Shown here: one piece after another, positions 1 through 11,015 of the stretch
Layout of the letters: each line of letters opens with the position of its first letter
How positions within the stretch are numbered: the first letter of the stretch is position 1
Assembly: GCF_009914755.1 (NCBI RefSeq)
Contig: NC_060935.1
Reading direction: 5' to 3' (one strand)
Length of the DNA: 64,000 bases
From: the human T2T-CHM13v2.0 reference genome, Homo sapiens
The notes under the pieces: generated by a model
What the model saw: the letters and a program-made list of their open reading frames with translations, nothing else
Databases searched by the model: none
What the model was told of the DNA's origin: nothing
Translations under genes and position numbers: made by a program

Positions 1-2362
1 CCACTTTCCTTTTTGAACTGACATGGACTAAGCAATAAAAGCTGGCTGGGGCTGGGCAGAAGCCACGGGGAGAGTGAGATTAGGGCCCCTGGAGCCTGGC
101 ACTCCACCTTGGAAGACGTGGACGTGCACAGGGAGTCCCGAGGTTTCTCATCCTGCACTCTTGGCCCTCCTATAAAGAAGCAGCCTCTCCTTCCTCTGAT
201 GTGCAGGGTGTAGGACTAGTGGTAGGGCTGCCACGGAAGTGTCCTCTGAGGCTCTGCAGGTAGCGGGGAAAGCCAGTAGGGAGTCTGCTGTCTTCTTCAA
301 GATGGAGCCGGCCATTACAGAAAGATGTTGACATTTGCTAGGGGCTATGCAGTCTGTGGCTGATGCAGGGAGTTTTCAGAAAGTTCTGGAGGGTTCTGCT
401 GTCACTGGACTGGGGTTGGTGCTGAGCTCTGGGCCTGGCTTTGGGAGATGTCACCCTGGGATAGGGAGGAGGAAGCTGCATTTCTAATGGCTTCCTCCTC
501 CAGAGAGGCACGTATATGCAGGCTGACATCCGAGGGCCTGTGTCGCCTCAGACAGCCCTGACAGTGGCCACAGTCCCGTACCCATTGTGAGGGGCTGGGG
601 CATGCCTAGGAGGGCTAGGTGCTGAACATCTATGTGCCTATAAACTCGTCTTCGTTCCAAACAGCTACTGCTGTCTGCCCTGGGCACGTCACGTTGCATC
701 CTAGGCCTTAGCTTCTCCACTGTTTGCTACCTCAGATTATGCCCTCTGGGAACCCAGCCGTATCCCTCCCCTAGGACAGTGGTGACCTGGTCCTTCCACC
801 ACACTCAGTCTTTGGAGAGCGAGCTGTCCAGCCACAGAAATGAGGGTGTGGTGCGTGGCTTCCTGCTCCCCACAGCCCAGCCCCCTGTTGGGGCTCCAAA
901 GCCGAAGACAGGGCCTCTTCAGACTCCTTGGGAGTAGGTTTCAGGAGGCACCAAGAATCAATGACTGACCCAGGGGGCCTGGCAGCCACTAGTATGAACT
1001 GCTGGAGACCTGTCTGTCTTATAGACATGTCAGGAAAATAGAAACAGGCATTTTCTCTAGCTCCAAGTGGGGAGATATTTTGGGGTCACAGCTTCTTTGG
1101 CTAAGCAGGGTGTTTCTTGAAGGTTCAGATGCCCCACTGTGTACATGGGATATTCTGCTTCTGAGTGTAGGTGATGAATCCAGGTCCTCAGTGGAGAATT
1201 TTCTGGAGCTAAGATCAAAGCATGTGTCTTCCTGGGAGAGAAGAGTTCCGTTCTTTTATGTGGGTTTCCCTAATAGTCAGAATCCACAAACCAGCCAGCC
1301 AGCCAGCCAAGCCTCTGCGATGATGTTCTCATCCGGTCTAACGCTGGGCTGGAAACCTTGGACAGAGTTCATGCGGGGGCAGAGGGGGTGCCAGTCTCTG
1401 AGGCAGGGCTGCAGTCACCCCTGAAGAACTAAGTGAACAGGAACCCCTCTGTGCCAGTGACCACTGTGGGGCTAAAGGGACAAAAAGGACCAGGGTACCA
1501 GGCAGAAGCAGATCCTTGATAGCTGACGACAGCACTGCGCCCTGTGCTTGGTGCACTCCCTCCTTCAGGAGGAGAGGGTGGCATGGGGTCTGTGCGGGAT
1601 GGCAGGGGGATTGGGTGGGTGGGAAGAGAGGTGCCATCGGTAGGAGGCTGGCCTCCAGTAGAGGAGAGCAGCTTTTGCCATCAGTCACTTTACAAACCAT
1701 TTCAAGGAAGGACAACCTCTCTGGCTCCTGACACAAGCCAGGCCTCGGTGCTTTTATCTGTTGTGGTGGTTTTTCTTCTTTCCCTTTTTAAAAGACGCAT
1801 GACCAAGACAACCTAGGGAGTTTGTCTTGCTTGCCTTTGACTATTTCCTTAATCCAACCATGCTCTCGAGGGCTGAGCAGAGACTAGACTCAAGGCACAG
1901 GTTTCTGGTGATGGAGTAAAGTTACAGCGGTATCTCATGTCTACACAAGAAGAGGAACGTTCTGAAAGCTCCAACAACTTCTTGAGGGGGATGGACCAAT
2001 ACAGCTTTGGGCTCAGGATTCCCTAGCCTCCTCTGCCCATCGCGTGCACTGATTGGAGGAGTCTGGCCCAAACACTCTCATATGAACCTCGACATGCTGG
2101 AGTGGGGTCTGGCAGGAGCTGATGACAGTTTGAGGGACTTGAGTGTCCCTAGCCTGGCAGTTGGCTCCCGGAAGCACTAGACACTGACACTCATTGGTAG
2201 ACCCTCCCTCCCCGCCGTTGTGTTTGGTTCTTTTGCACTCCATGTACTGCAGAAGGATGGAAGGACCTGGGTGCTGGCTGGGCTGTGTATACTGTGTATA
2301 CAAGGGAGCTGGCTGCTGAGGTGACCACAGCCTTCTCCTAATAAAGCTGTAAGTATTTAAAA
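1..2362 (+). other. ADAMTS15: Distal 3' UTR (terminal exon) of an upstream + strand gene; tentatively ADAMTS15
   Basis: No interspersed repeat seen in 2.36 kb, ending in AATAAA (2340) with upstream TGTA and downstream GT-rich elements; L2 sequence starts right after. Seed matches for miR-137, miR-29, let-7, miR-148/152 and miR-19/130. The gene name is from recollection of the UTR only and is unverified; no CDS lies in the window. Confidence 0.55.
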
Positions 2363-2380
2363 CCTGTGTCCTGCCTCTGT
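2340..2380 (+). terminator. Cleavage/polyadenylation signal
   Basis: AATAAA at 2340-2345; TGTA (CFIm) at 2243, 2286 and 2295; TGTGTC/CTCTGTG downstream element from ~2365. Confidence 0.75.
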
Positions 2381-2389
2381 GACTGCTTC

Positions 2390-2760
2390 TCATTCATGCA
2401 TGCATTCCTCACATCCATGGAATGCCCAGCTTCGCCAGCCACTGTGCTAGGAGCTATGGAGACAGCAGTGACCTTGACAGGCACAGTCCTGGTCCTGTGC
2501 AGCTCCCAGGTTAGCTGAGGAGGCAGAGCTCAAGTCAGCAAGCAGAGAGTTGTGGCAGATCGTGCTACAAGTGAAGGAGACACCAACTGATGCTGAGAGT
2601 GGGAGCTTGGATGTGGGCGTTTGATCGCATTTGAACTTTTTCAGAGAGAAGGAGCTGAAAAAAGAAACGAAGAAAAAAAAGCTTGGGTGTGGGAGAGAGT
2701 GATCAGGGAAAGCCCCTCAGAGGAAGGGACAACGAAACAGATTGAAGGGTGAGACAGCAG
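2390..2760 (-). mobile_element. L2 LINE 3' fragment
   Basis: cattcatgcatgcattc...ccactgtgctaggagctatggagacagcagtga resembles the reverse-complemented L2 3' end; ends approximate. Confidence 0.6.
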
Positions 2761-5299
2761 CCCTGTTAAAAGGGGACGGGCCTTGTAGCAGACAAGCAGA
2801 AGGCCCAGTCCTGGGGGCCGCTGGGGCGGGGTTTCAGGAGTGCTTGAGAGAAGCTCTGGGGCCGTGCGTGGGTGAAGGGACGAGGCACGGGAGAGGCCAG
2901 AGGGGCCCCTGTCCTGTGGGCTTCCAGTCTCCTGCCTTAGGAGGAAACCCCAAGTGTCCCGAGGGAAAGGTTCCTTCTCTTTGGAGAGAGAATGTTTCTC
3001 TCTTCCTAGTTTTGTGCTGGTCTGGAAATGTTAGCAAATATACAGGCGTGGGAGAGGTGTGACGCATTGCAAAGAACATCTAGAAACTCGTGTTGGTCGC
3101 GGGTCTGAGATCCTCTCTTGGAATCCTCATTTCCTACCTGCAAAGTGAGAAGGGTAGATTCAGTGTTCTATTAGGGCACGTTCAGCTTTAGCAGTCTGGG
3201 TTTCTAGGCCCAGTTATGGTTTAGATTTTGCTAGCTGATGGTTTGTTTTCAGTTTGGGGTTCAGAGATGAAGGGGTTTCTCCTGTTGACTTTCCAGCAGG
3301 GCAAGGCCATGGGGAATGACTTCCTCTTGAGCTGCGAGAGCTGCCCCTTCAGGCATGTGGGTGAGGGATGTGGGGAGGTTGGACAAAGTTTCAGCACTTG
3401 ATAGAAGGTTCTGGAAGAAGGAAGAACTAGCCAGAAGAGGCTGCATGAGTCTATGAGCTAGCAGAAGGCCCAGAAGGGAACTGCAGGGGTCTGGGTTAAT
3501 GTATAAACTGGAAGTCAGCAATTGTAAGATCTTTCTAAAATTGCTCAAAATGTTGTCATATTCCTGGGGTTATTTTTGTAATCCTTTTTGTTTTCCATTG
3601 AAGCAATTGCCAGTAAAACCTTTCTAAGGAAAAGGTCCTCTGGGCTGCTTTGGGGATCAGCAAATTAAAGAGGAAGCAGAGGAGGCTGGGTCCCAACTAC
3701 AGCGGCGCCTGGAGGCTCAGGAGAGCTCCAGGTAAGGCAATGGGGTGTGTGGCGGGCAACAAGCTTGGCTGCATTTTAAAGTTTCTGGAGAAGGAAGCAG
3801 CAGTTTCCTAAATTTGCTGGCCTTTGAAGAGAGGTAGGAACGATTTGCTTTGTAATCCATCCTCTGGAGGGGAATGCGTTCTTGCCCCAGTGAGAAAAAA
3901 CCTTGATAATTACAAAAAGGTGTCGACCCCTGGGTCGTGCTCTGCCTGCCCAGTGAACCCTGGCGAGCCCCCAGCAGGCTGAGCTGGCGTGGCCAAGGGC
4001 AGCGCGTGTGACCCCAAGTGTCTTTCCTTTGCTCCTTGGCTTGTCTCCAGCCCTCATGGATGAGTCAGCCCTGAAGCCTGCAATCCCAGCAACAAATCCC
4101 AGAAGAGCAGAACATCCCCCTTCATCACTGCCATGGTGTCACCCCTCAGCCCCCGGCAGCTGTGAGAAGGCAGCAGTGAAATGTTTGCTGCTCCAAAGCA
4201 TGAAACTGGGGAGGGAGAGGGCAGCCAGAAACTCAGCCTTCACCTTCCCCTCCCTCCAGGCCCACCCCTTCGTGCTCAGCTGGGCAGCCCTGCCTTTGTT
4301 TTGCTCTCCTGAGCTGTGGTCAGTAACGTAAGTCACGTTCCAAGCAGTGACCAGAATGTTGTGAAGGAGGAGATAAGAGTTCCTGACCTCCCGAGGCATT
4401 CCAAAGAAGAAACAGAACTATTTGTTTCCAAAGGAGAACAATTTTAGCAGAAAGGGTAAGATAGAGGGAGATGAAGAGAGGAGGGAATCTCCTCGTGAAA
4501 AACTGGATTTGGGAAAAGGGTGAAAATATTGTCATGGGGAATGGCTGGAATTTGATGAGATTTTAGCTGTACTCCTAGGCTGTTAGAAACAATTGCCTTC
4601 GTATCATTCCCCGTTCCTGTACCTAGCCACGGTCCCAGACAGTGTCCAGGGCCTTAAGCCACTGCTGTCCCAGACATCTGACCAACAGTTCAGATGACCT
4701 CAGGGGACTGGGATTCTGGCCTCAGCAGGGAGTACCCCGAATCTCTGCCATGGGTAATTGAGCAGATACTCCTGATGTGGTTTTGTTGTTGTTGAGGATT
4801 TTGAGAAAAGAGCCTTTGAGAGTGCTCTGGAAATGTGTTCAGGAGGATGACATGGCTTTTCTAAGCACCCTCCCTGGGCTGAGTCTGCAGTGCATGGGAA
4901 CCTGGTTCTGAAGCTGCAGTTACACACAGCACCCAGAGCCCAGGGCTTGGGACACAGTCAGTGGTCAATGAGTATTTGTGACGCAGAGGCTTCCTTGGGA
5001 ACACACAGTAAACCAAGAGGGATGAAGGAGCCTGTCTCCGGTGGAAATGTGGGGACGCTTCTCAGTGTAGGCACTGTCTGTCTGCATACATGGTCCTGTT
5101 TGATCTTCACCGCCTGCCCGGTGCTGCTGCTCCTTGCAGCCCTCTGCTCAGCTCACGCATTTCATACGCTTTCCTTGGGGATCACGTGCTATCTCACTGC
5201 TCAGTTAAAACCAACACATCAGTGGATTCTGCGTCTGCATACATAACCCTCCCACCCACCTGTGTTCACCCAGACTCCCCACCAACCCCACACAGACCA

Positions 5300-5660
5300 C
5301 CCCAAACATCTCATTATTCATCCAGTCACATGACTTGATTCCACCTCCAGGATATCTTCAAACTTGGTCCCTTTCTTCCTTCCCACTGCTGCTGCTGTAG
5401 TGCAGGCCAGCATCATGTCTCACTGGAGTATATCCGTAGTCTGTACCTGTTTTCCCTTGTTTCAGATTCGTCCGCTTTCAATCTTTCCAGCAGGTGTGAC
5501 ATTTAGTGACAGCAGGTGCCCCATCTTGAGCTCTCATGGCACCCTCTGCGTCTTCTGACATTGAGCGAATTGCTTGTCCGTCTCTTTGGCTATACCCTAA
5601 AGACCTCGAGGGCAGGCTTTAATTGTCTTGGCACTAAGTGCTTGGCACACAGTAATCATA
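5300..5660 (+). mobile_element. L2 fragment
   Basis: ttccacctccaggatatctt...caggccagcatcatgtctcactgga and terminal gtgcttggcacacagta are L2-like. Confidence 0.55.
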
Positions 5661-5880
5661 TAATGATAATAGCCATCACCCAGCATTAACTATATATAAG
5701 CATTCTATTAAGGTCTTTACTTCTCTTATTGTATTTATTGTTCATAACAACATTATGAATTATATTCTATCACTGCCCCTCCTCGTGTATCAGGAAGCTG
5801 AGGATCAAAGATGTTAGGGACCTTTAGATATTCCCCCGACTTGTAAATGGCAGCATCAGGACTCCGAGCCCTGTATTTAC
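5660..5880 (-). mobile_element. MIR SINE
   Basis: aatgataatagc...cataacaac...aggaagctgaggatcaaagatgttag MIR core in reverse orientation. Confidence 0.6.
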
Positions 5881-5939
5881 TGAAGAAGTTGTAGAATGAA
5901 CCGCTTAGCCTACTCCTCGAGAAACATTTTTTTGGGGGA

Positions 5940-6600
5940 GATGGACATGAGAAAATGATTATGATGGCGCATGAGAAGTGCTCCAACAGAGGTATGCTTC
6001 TAGATCTATGGGAATTATACACGAAGCAATTGCAGGAATCACTGAGTGGACCTGGGAAGGAGTCAGAGGAAATGATGCTCTTGAGCTGAGTTTTGAAGAA
6101 TGAATAGAATTTGTTGGGCAGATAAGGAGATTCCTGGAAGTGTGGCCAGCACGTACGATGGCATGGAGGTCAGGAATGAAAACAGCTTGATGTGGCTGGA
6201 CTGTAGAATACATGAGAGAGTGGTGGGCTTGAAGCCTAGGCTGGGCTGGGGTCTGATCATGGAGGGCCTTCTATGTTGCATTAGGGAGTTTTTGCTTTGT
6301 TTGACAGGCAGCAGAGAGCCATGGAAATATTTTAAATCAGACTGTAATTAGCTCACCACTCCAGTGAGCTGGTAGTAAGCATGGACTGGGATAGGAAAAG
6401 ACTGTTGGCAGAAAGACCAAGTAAGAGGCTCCTGCAATAATCCAGATTTAAGACCATGAAAGCCTGGCAGTGTAAGTGGATTGGAGAGGATGACATAAAT
6501 TCTAGAAATATCTAGGAGAAGTATGAGCTGGTCTTGAGTGCTAACCGTGTGCAGCGTATGACAATAAAAGCAATGTCAGAGGAAATGCAGATTAATGTTT
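5940..6600 (-). mobile_element. L2 fragment
   Basis: gagctgagttttgaagaatgaatagaatttg...gggtctgatcatggagggcctt, typical purine-rich antisense L2. Confidence 0.6.
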
Positions 6601-7599
6601 TCCATCTCAACGACTTCCTTGCTTTACAAAAGAAGTATAAAATTAGGCCATTCCTTGACTCAGAGATATGAGCATGCAACAAGGGCAGGGGAAAGGCGGA
6701 TGTACTTGACTTCCTCTTGGGATTAAGTTTCTAAAATATGGTACTGCCAGGATTCAGAGGGATGAGATGACTGATGGTTTCTCCTGTTGCTCTCACTTCC
6801 AACCACGCCTCCTTACCCACTGCCTTAGTTCCTGGCATCACATCCCTCAACCTCCAGCCTTAGTGTGGTGTGGTTAGCATGGCACCAAGAAGACATGGGC
6901 GAGTGAAAGGAAAAAATAGAGACCAGAAAAAACAACAGAGATAGTTCACGTACACTAGTGTGAAATCAACGATATGGTATTTCAAATGTACTTTAGCAGA
7001 GGTCGTAGAAACAGATTTATTTTTTAATATACCCCCTGTATCTTTCAATTAACTGTACATTGTGCATAATATATTTCAATACTGGTATCTCAGGATGGGA
7101 ATAGCAGAAACATATGTTAGTGGAGTTGTATTAACTCTAGGGACAGTATCACTGGGTTACGAGATATTATGGCTCCACGTGTCTCAGCAACATATGTTAC
7201 CCATAAGGAAGCCTGTGGCTTTAATGTGTAACACACTGTGGACTGGATTGGCAAGCGGATGGGACTTAGGTTGACAAAAACCGAAGATCTTCTGAATGAG
7301 AGGTTTATTTTATGTATTATATCTGGGCAAGAAAACCTTCCTGAAGCAATCTGGCTAAATCTCCTTGTTGCCTAATCTCTATCCGAAACGGGGATTCCAA
7401 TGGTTTAGGCCACTGCTATTTTTTCCCCTAACATCCTAGGCAAGTTTGCACATATAGATTGCCTTCGAGATCATTAGATAAATACCTAGCTGCTGAATGG
7501 GAAAGTTTCTGTTAGTTCCCATGAGTCCAGGGCACTATGTCTTGGTAAGTTCACTTTAGTCTTATTTCTTTAAAAGTCACCTATTTAGACATGGCCCGG

Positions 7600-7780
7600 G
7601 TGGCCTGGACGACCACAGCCTGGGGAGACAGGTGACCTAAGCTTCTGTCTAGACTCTGCTAGCACTGGGTCATTTGCACAAGGTCACCCTCTGGGTGTTC
7701 ATTTCCCTGTTTGTTAGATGAGGCATTGAACTTGATTGTAAATTACGCATTCCTTTTCAAGCTCTAAGACACGTCGATTC
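7600..7780 (+). mobile_element. MIR/MIR3 SINE
   Basis: ctctgggtgttcatttccctgtttgttagatgagg core followed by ccttttcaagctctaa. Confidence 0.5.
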
Positions 7781-8319
7781 CATACATTGAAAATCTCAGC
7801 TCCAAGGGGATTAAAAAAGTGTGTCTGCCACTTCACTTGAAACAAAAGGAGATGTATCTTTTGGCTGTATACTTCAAAAATTTCCATGCTTCTCCACTCC
7901 TATTTGGAAGTTCCTCACCCAAGGCATGTCTACCTGCTCTTCCACCGGTAGGCAGCCCTCCAAAGGGGAATAAACATTTGCAAAATCTCAGTACATAGAT
8001 TAGCTTCTGAAGTTTCCTTAGCTCCTCTTGACTTTTAAAGTAGTTTTAGATGTCAGCGACTAGGAAACTGATACCTAAATATTTCTATTTCTTCCCTGTA
8101 CTTGTCATGCCCATACCCAGCAAATAAAATCCGTTTTGAACTCTGCGCTGCTGCCCAGTGGGTAGCTCTATTCACTGCATTTTCCTTGTACTGGGCCTTG
8201 GGGAAAGAGACCTCAGTTCCTTGTGGAAGGTGGGATAAAAAGAAGGCTGGCTTTTGCCAAGGGAGAGTTCTCAATACCCAGACACTCTTAAGGGATTGTA
8301 TGTTGTATATGTCATATGT

Positions 8320-8510
8320 GTTTATAGTTTATAAGTGTTTACATCAGTTATCTGTCCTCATTGGAACTTGGTGAAGTACATTCTATTATTATCCCCATTT
8401 TGCAGATTAGAAAATTGGTGTTTATAAAAGTTGGTACGTGACAAGTGGCTTGATAAGTTTAGTGCTAGAGATGGTAAGAATGATTACTCCTGGGCCTCTG
8501 ATCTCACAGA
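8320..8510 (-). mobile_element. MIR SINE
   Basis: attattatccccattttgcagattagaaaattg core. Confidence 0.6.
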
Positions 8511-9859
8511 GATTCTCAATAGCCAAGTTTCTATCTCAATTGTCAAAGAACAGTGGGTTGGGTGGTGGATGGTATTTTCAGTTTAGTACAATAACTACCG
8601 ATGGCAGTGTGTGCTTGGAGTACTAAGAAGGAAACCCAAAGCATTGGCCATATCCTTGAAGGGCCTATAGTCCAGGTCAGGGGACTGTGCATACACTTGG
8701 AAGGTAAATAAAGAGTATAGAGTAGTCCAAAAAGAGGAGGAGTTATGAAAGAGGAGTTGAAACAGGCAAGGAAAGCACAGGTCAGAGTTGGATGCTGGAG
8801 AAGAGAGCCATGAGATGGTGCAGAGGAACTCAGGAGAGTCCTCCCCTTGACGCAGGGCTGTGTCTTTCCCTGTTCTTTTTCTCTTCCTTCTTTCTTTTTG
8901 ATATTTTGTTATTATTTTCTCAGTATATTCCAGAAATAATGGAATATGAGACAAAGGATGTGCACTCTGAGAGGTCACAGTCTAATGTTGACGTGGTACA
9001 GCTGATCTGAACAAAGACATGAGGCAGGGACAACTGAAGCCTCTCTGCAGGGGAGGAAGAAGCCGGCTTGGAGCAGTGGCGCTGTGCCTGAGAGGTGTGG
9101 CGGGGGAGAGGGTGTAGAACCAGACTGGTGGGGGAGCTTGAGTTCTGTCCAGAAAGTTGAGGCTTCATGTTAAGCCTTGGCAATGGAGAGTCTGGTTTCT
9201 AAACAAGGGAATAGTATTCTGAAATTCTGTGGTATTGACTTTTTTAGGTAAGAGAAATGAGGAGAGGAGAGAGGAATATAGATTTATGTGCCTCGTGCCA
9301 GAAATGCGTCTCTGCATTAATGGGTTGAGTTCTTTGAAGCCAACTACGGAGAACTCTGCAACACTGCCGTGCCACTGCCCGTCTCCCCCCAGAACTATTC
9401 TTAGAGGAATTTAGCAAGGACAACAATGACCTATGGAGCAGTGACATCCATGTGACTTCCTAGGTTGGTCTCTACAAGTTTACGGAGTCACTTAGGGTAC
9501 TCAAGAGATAATAAGTCCTAAACTGAAACTAGAGACAAAACAGGCTCCTTGACTTCTCTGGAGTTAAAGGTTCTGTCATTTTCTAGAGTCAAGTATGTGA
9601 ATGACTCTTTTTTCTTCCTTTTCTTTTTTGGCTCTGAAAAAGGTCAAATTCAATAAAAACAAAACAAAACAGAAAACCTAGAAGGGAGAGCAGGAAGCCA
9701 GTTTAGTACAGGGAAAGAACCATGATGAATTATTTAACGAACTGTATGCTTGCAAAACTCAAAGCTCCCAGGCAACATGACTTATACTGACTTATAAGAT
9801 ATGCTTCATATTTGACATGAGAGCTCTTTGATGAGTCTAACCTCTGAAAACACTCATTC

Positions 9860-10770
9860 ATAAATATGCAACATTACACCTGTAGGAATGTTCGGCCCAG
9901 CATTGTTTGTAATGGAAAAGGATGAGAGAAGAAAGAAAAACGAAAGGGAGGAAGGAAGAGAGGAAGGTAGAAAGGAAGAGAGAAGGAACAAGAAAAAGGA
10001 TTTAGAAAGCTACCAAAAAGAGAGCTGTTTAAATCAGTTATAGTACATTTATAAAATGGAATTCTCTGTAGCAGTTAAAAAGAAACATGGCAGAGCTGTG
10101 TACTAGTTGGCCAGGGCTGCCATAACAAGTGTCACAGACTGGAGGGCTCACATAACAGAAATGGGTTTTCTCAACTCCGCAGGCTGGAAGTCTAAAATCA
10201 AGGTGTCGGCAGGGTTGGTTTCTCTTGAGGCCTCTCCTTGGCTTGTAGATGGCTGTCTTCCCCTGTGTTTTCACATGGTCTTCCCTCTGTGTGTGTCTGT
10301 GTCTTAGTCACTCTTTCTTATAAGGACACCAGTCATATTGGATTAGGGTCCACCGTAATGATCTCATTTTAATTTAATTAACTCTTTAAAGCCTGTCTCT
10401 CAATACAGTTACATTCTAAGGTGTTGGGGGTTAGGACTTCGACATATGAATTTTGGGGCGGTCACAATTAAGTTCATAACAAGCTAAATATACTCATATG
10501 GAAAGGTGCCTAGAATTTTTAAAAATAAATAAATTGCAGATCAGTATAATTAGTATGATACCATTTTGAAAACAAATAGTATATATGTAACCTACATGTA
10601 TATAGGTATACCAAAAAAACATGTGGAAAGATATATGCTGAATGTTCAACAGTGAAAATTTTGAGAAAGTGGGGGCCATGCTGGTGATAGGGATGTGGCG
10701 GTATAGGAATGACCTCTGGTGATTTCCCTCCATTTCTTTACTGTATGAATTTCTTTTGTTTTATGCTTTA
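9860..10770 (+). mobile_element. Old L1 (L1ME-like) 3' fragment interrupted by an MLT1 LTR
   Basis: gaatgttcggcccagcattgtttgtaat; aatggaattctctgtagcagttaaaa; tagtatgataccatttt are L1M 3' motifs. Confidence 0.5.
10099..10481 (-). mobile_element. MLT1 (MLT1A/B-like) MaLR solo LTR
   Basis: tgtactagtt...gggctgccataaca...ggctggaagtctaaaatcaaggtgtcggcaggg...cataaca; TG...CA ends; TSD AGCTG/AGCTA. Confidence 0.85.
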
Positions 10771-10774
10771 TTTT

Positions 10775-11015
10775 TGGTATTAGCTTAGTGATGAAGAGCA
10801 CGCACCTGGAGTCAGATTGTCTGACTCTTGATTTGAGCACAGGCTCAGATCCTGACTTTGCTACTTTGGAACAGCTTTTCTAGATCTCTGTTTCTGCATT
10901 CATAATGGAGAAAATAATAAGATTTGTATGATAGATCAGATAACGAATGGAATGCATTCATTGGCACAGTGCTTGGCACCTAGTAAGACTGATGAATATT
11001 AGCTACTTTTATTAC
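10775..11015 (+). mobile_element. MIR SINE
   Basis: tagtgatgaagagcacgcacctggagtcagattgtctg ... cacagtgcttggcacctagtaag. Confidence 0.65.

Noticed and set aside
338-2393. Several 60-130 aa ORFs in the first 2.4 kb
   Set aside because: Overlapping on both strands with no homology I recognise; consistent with chance ORFs in a GC-rich UTR
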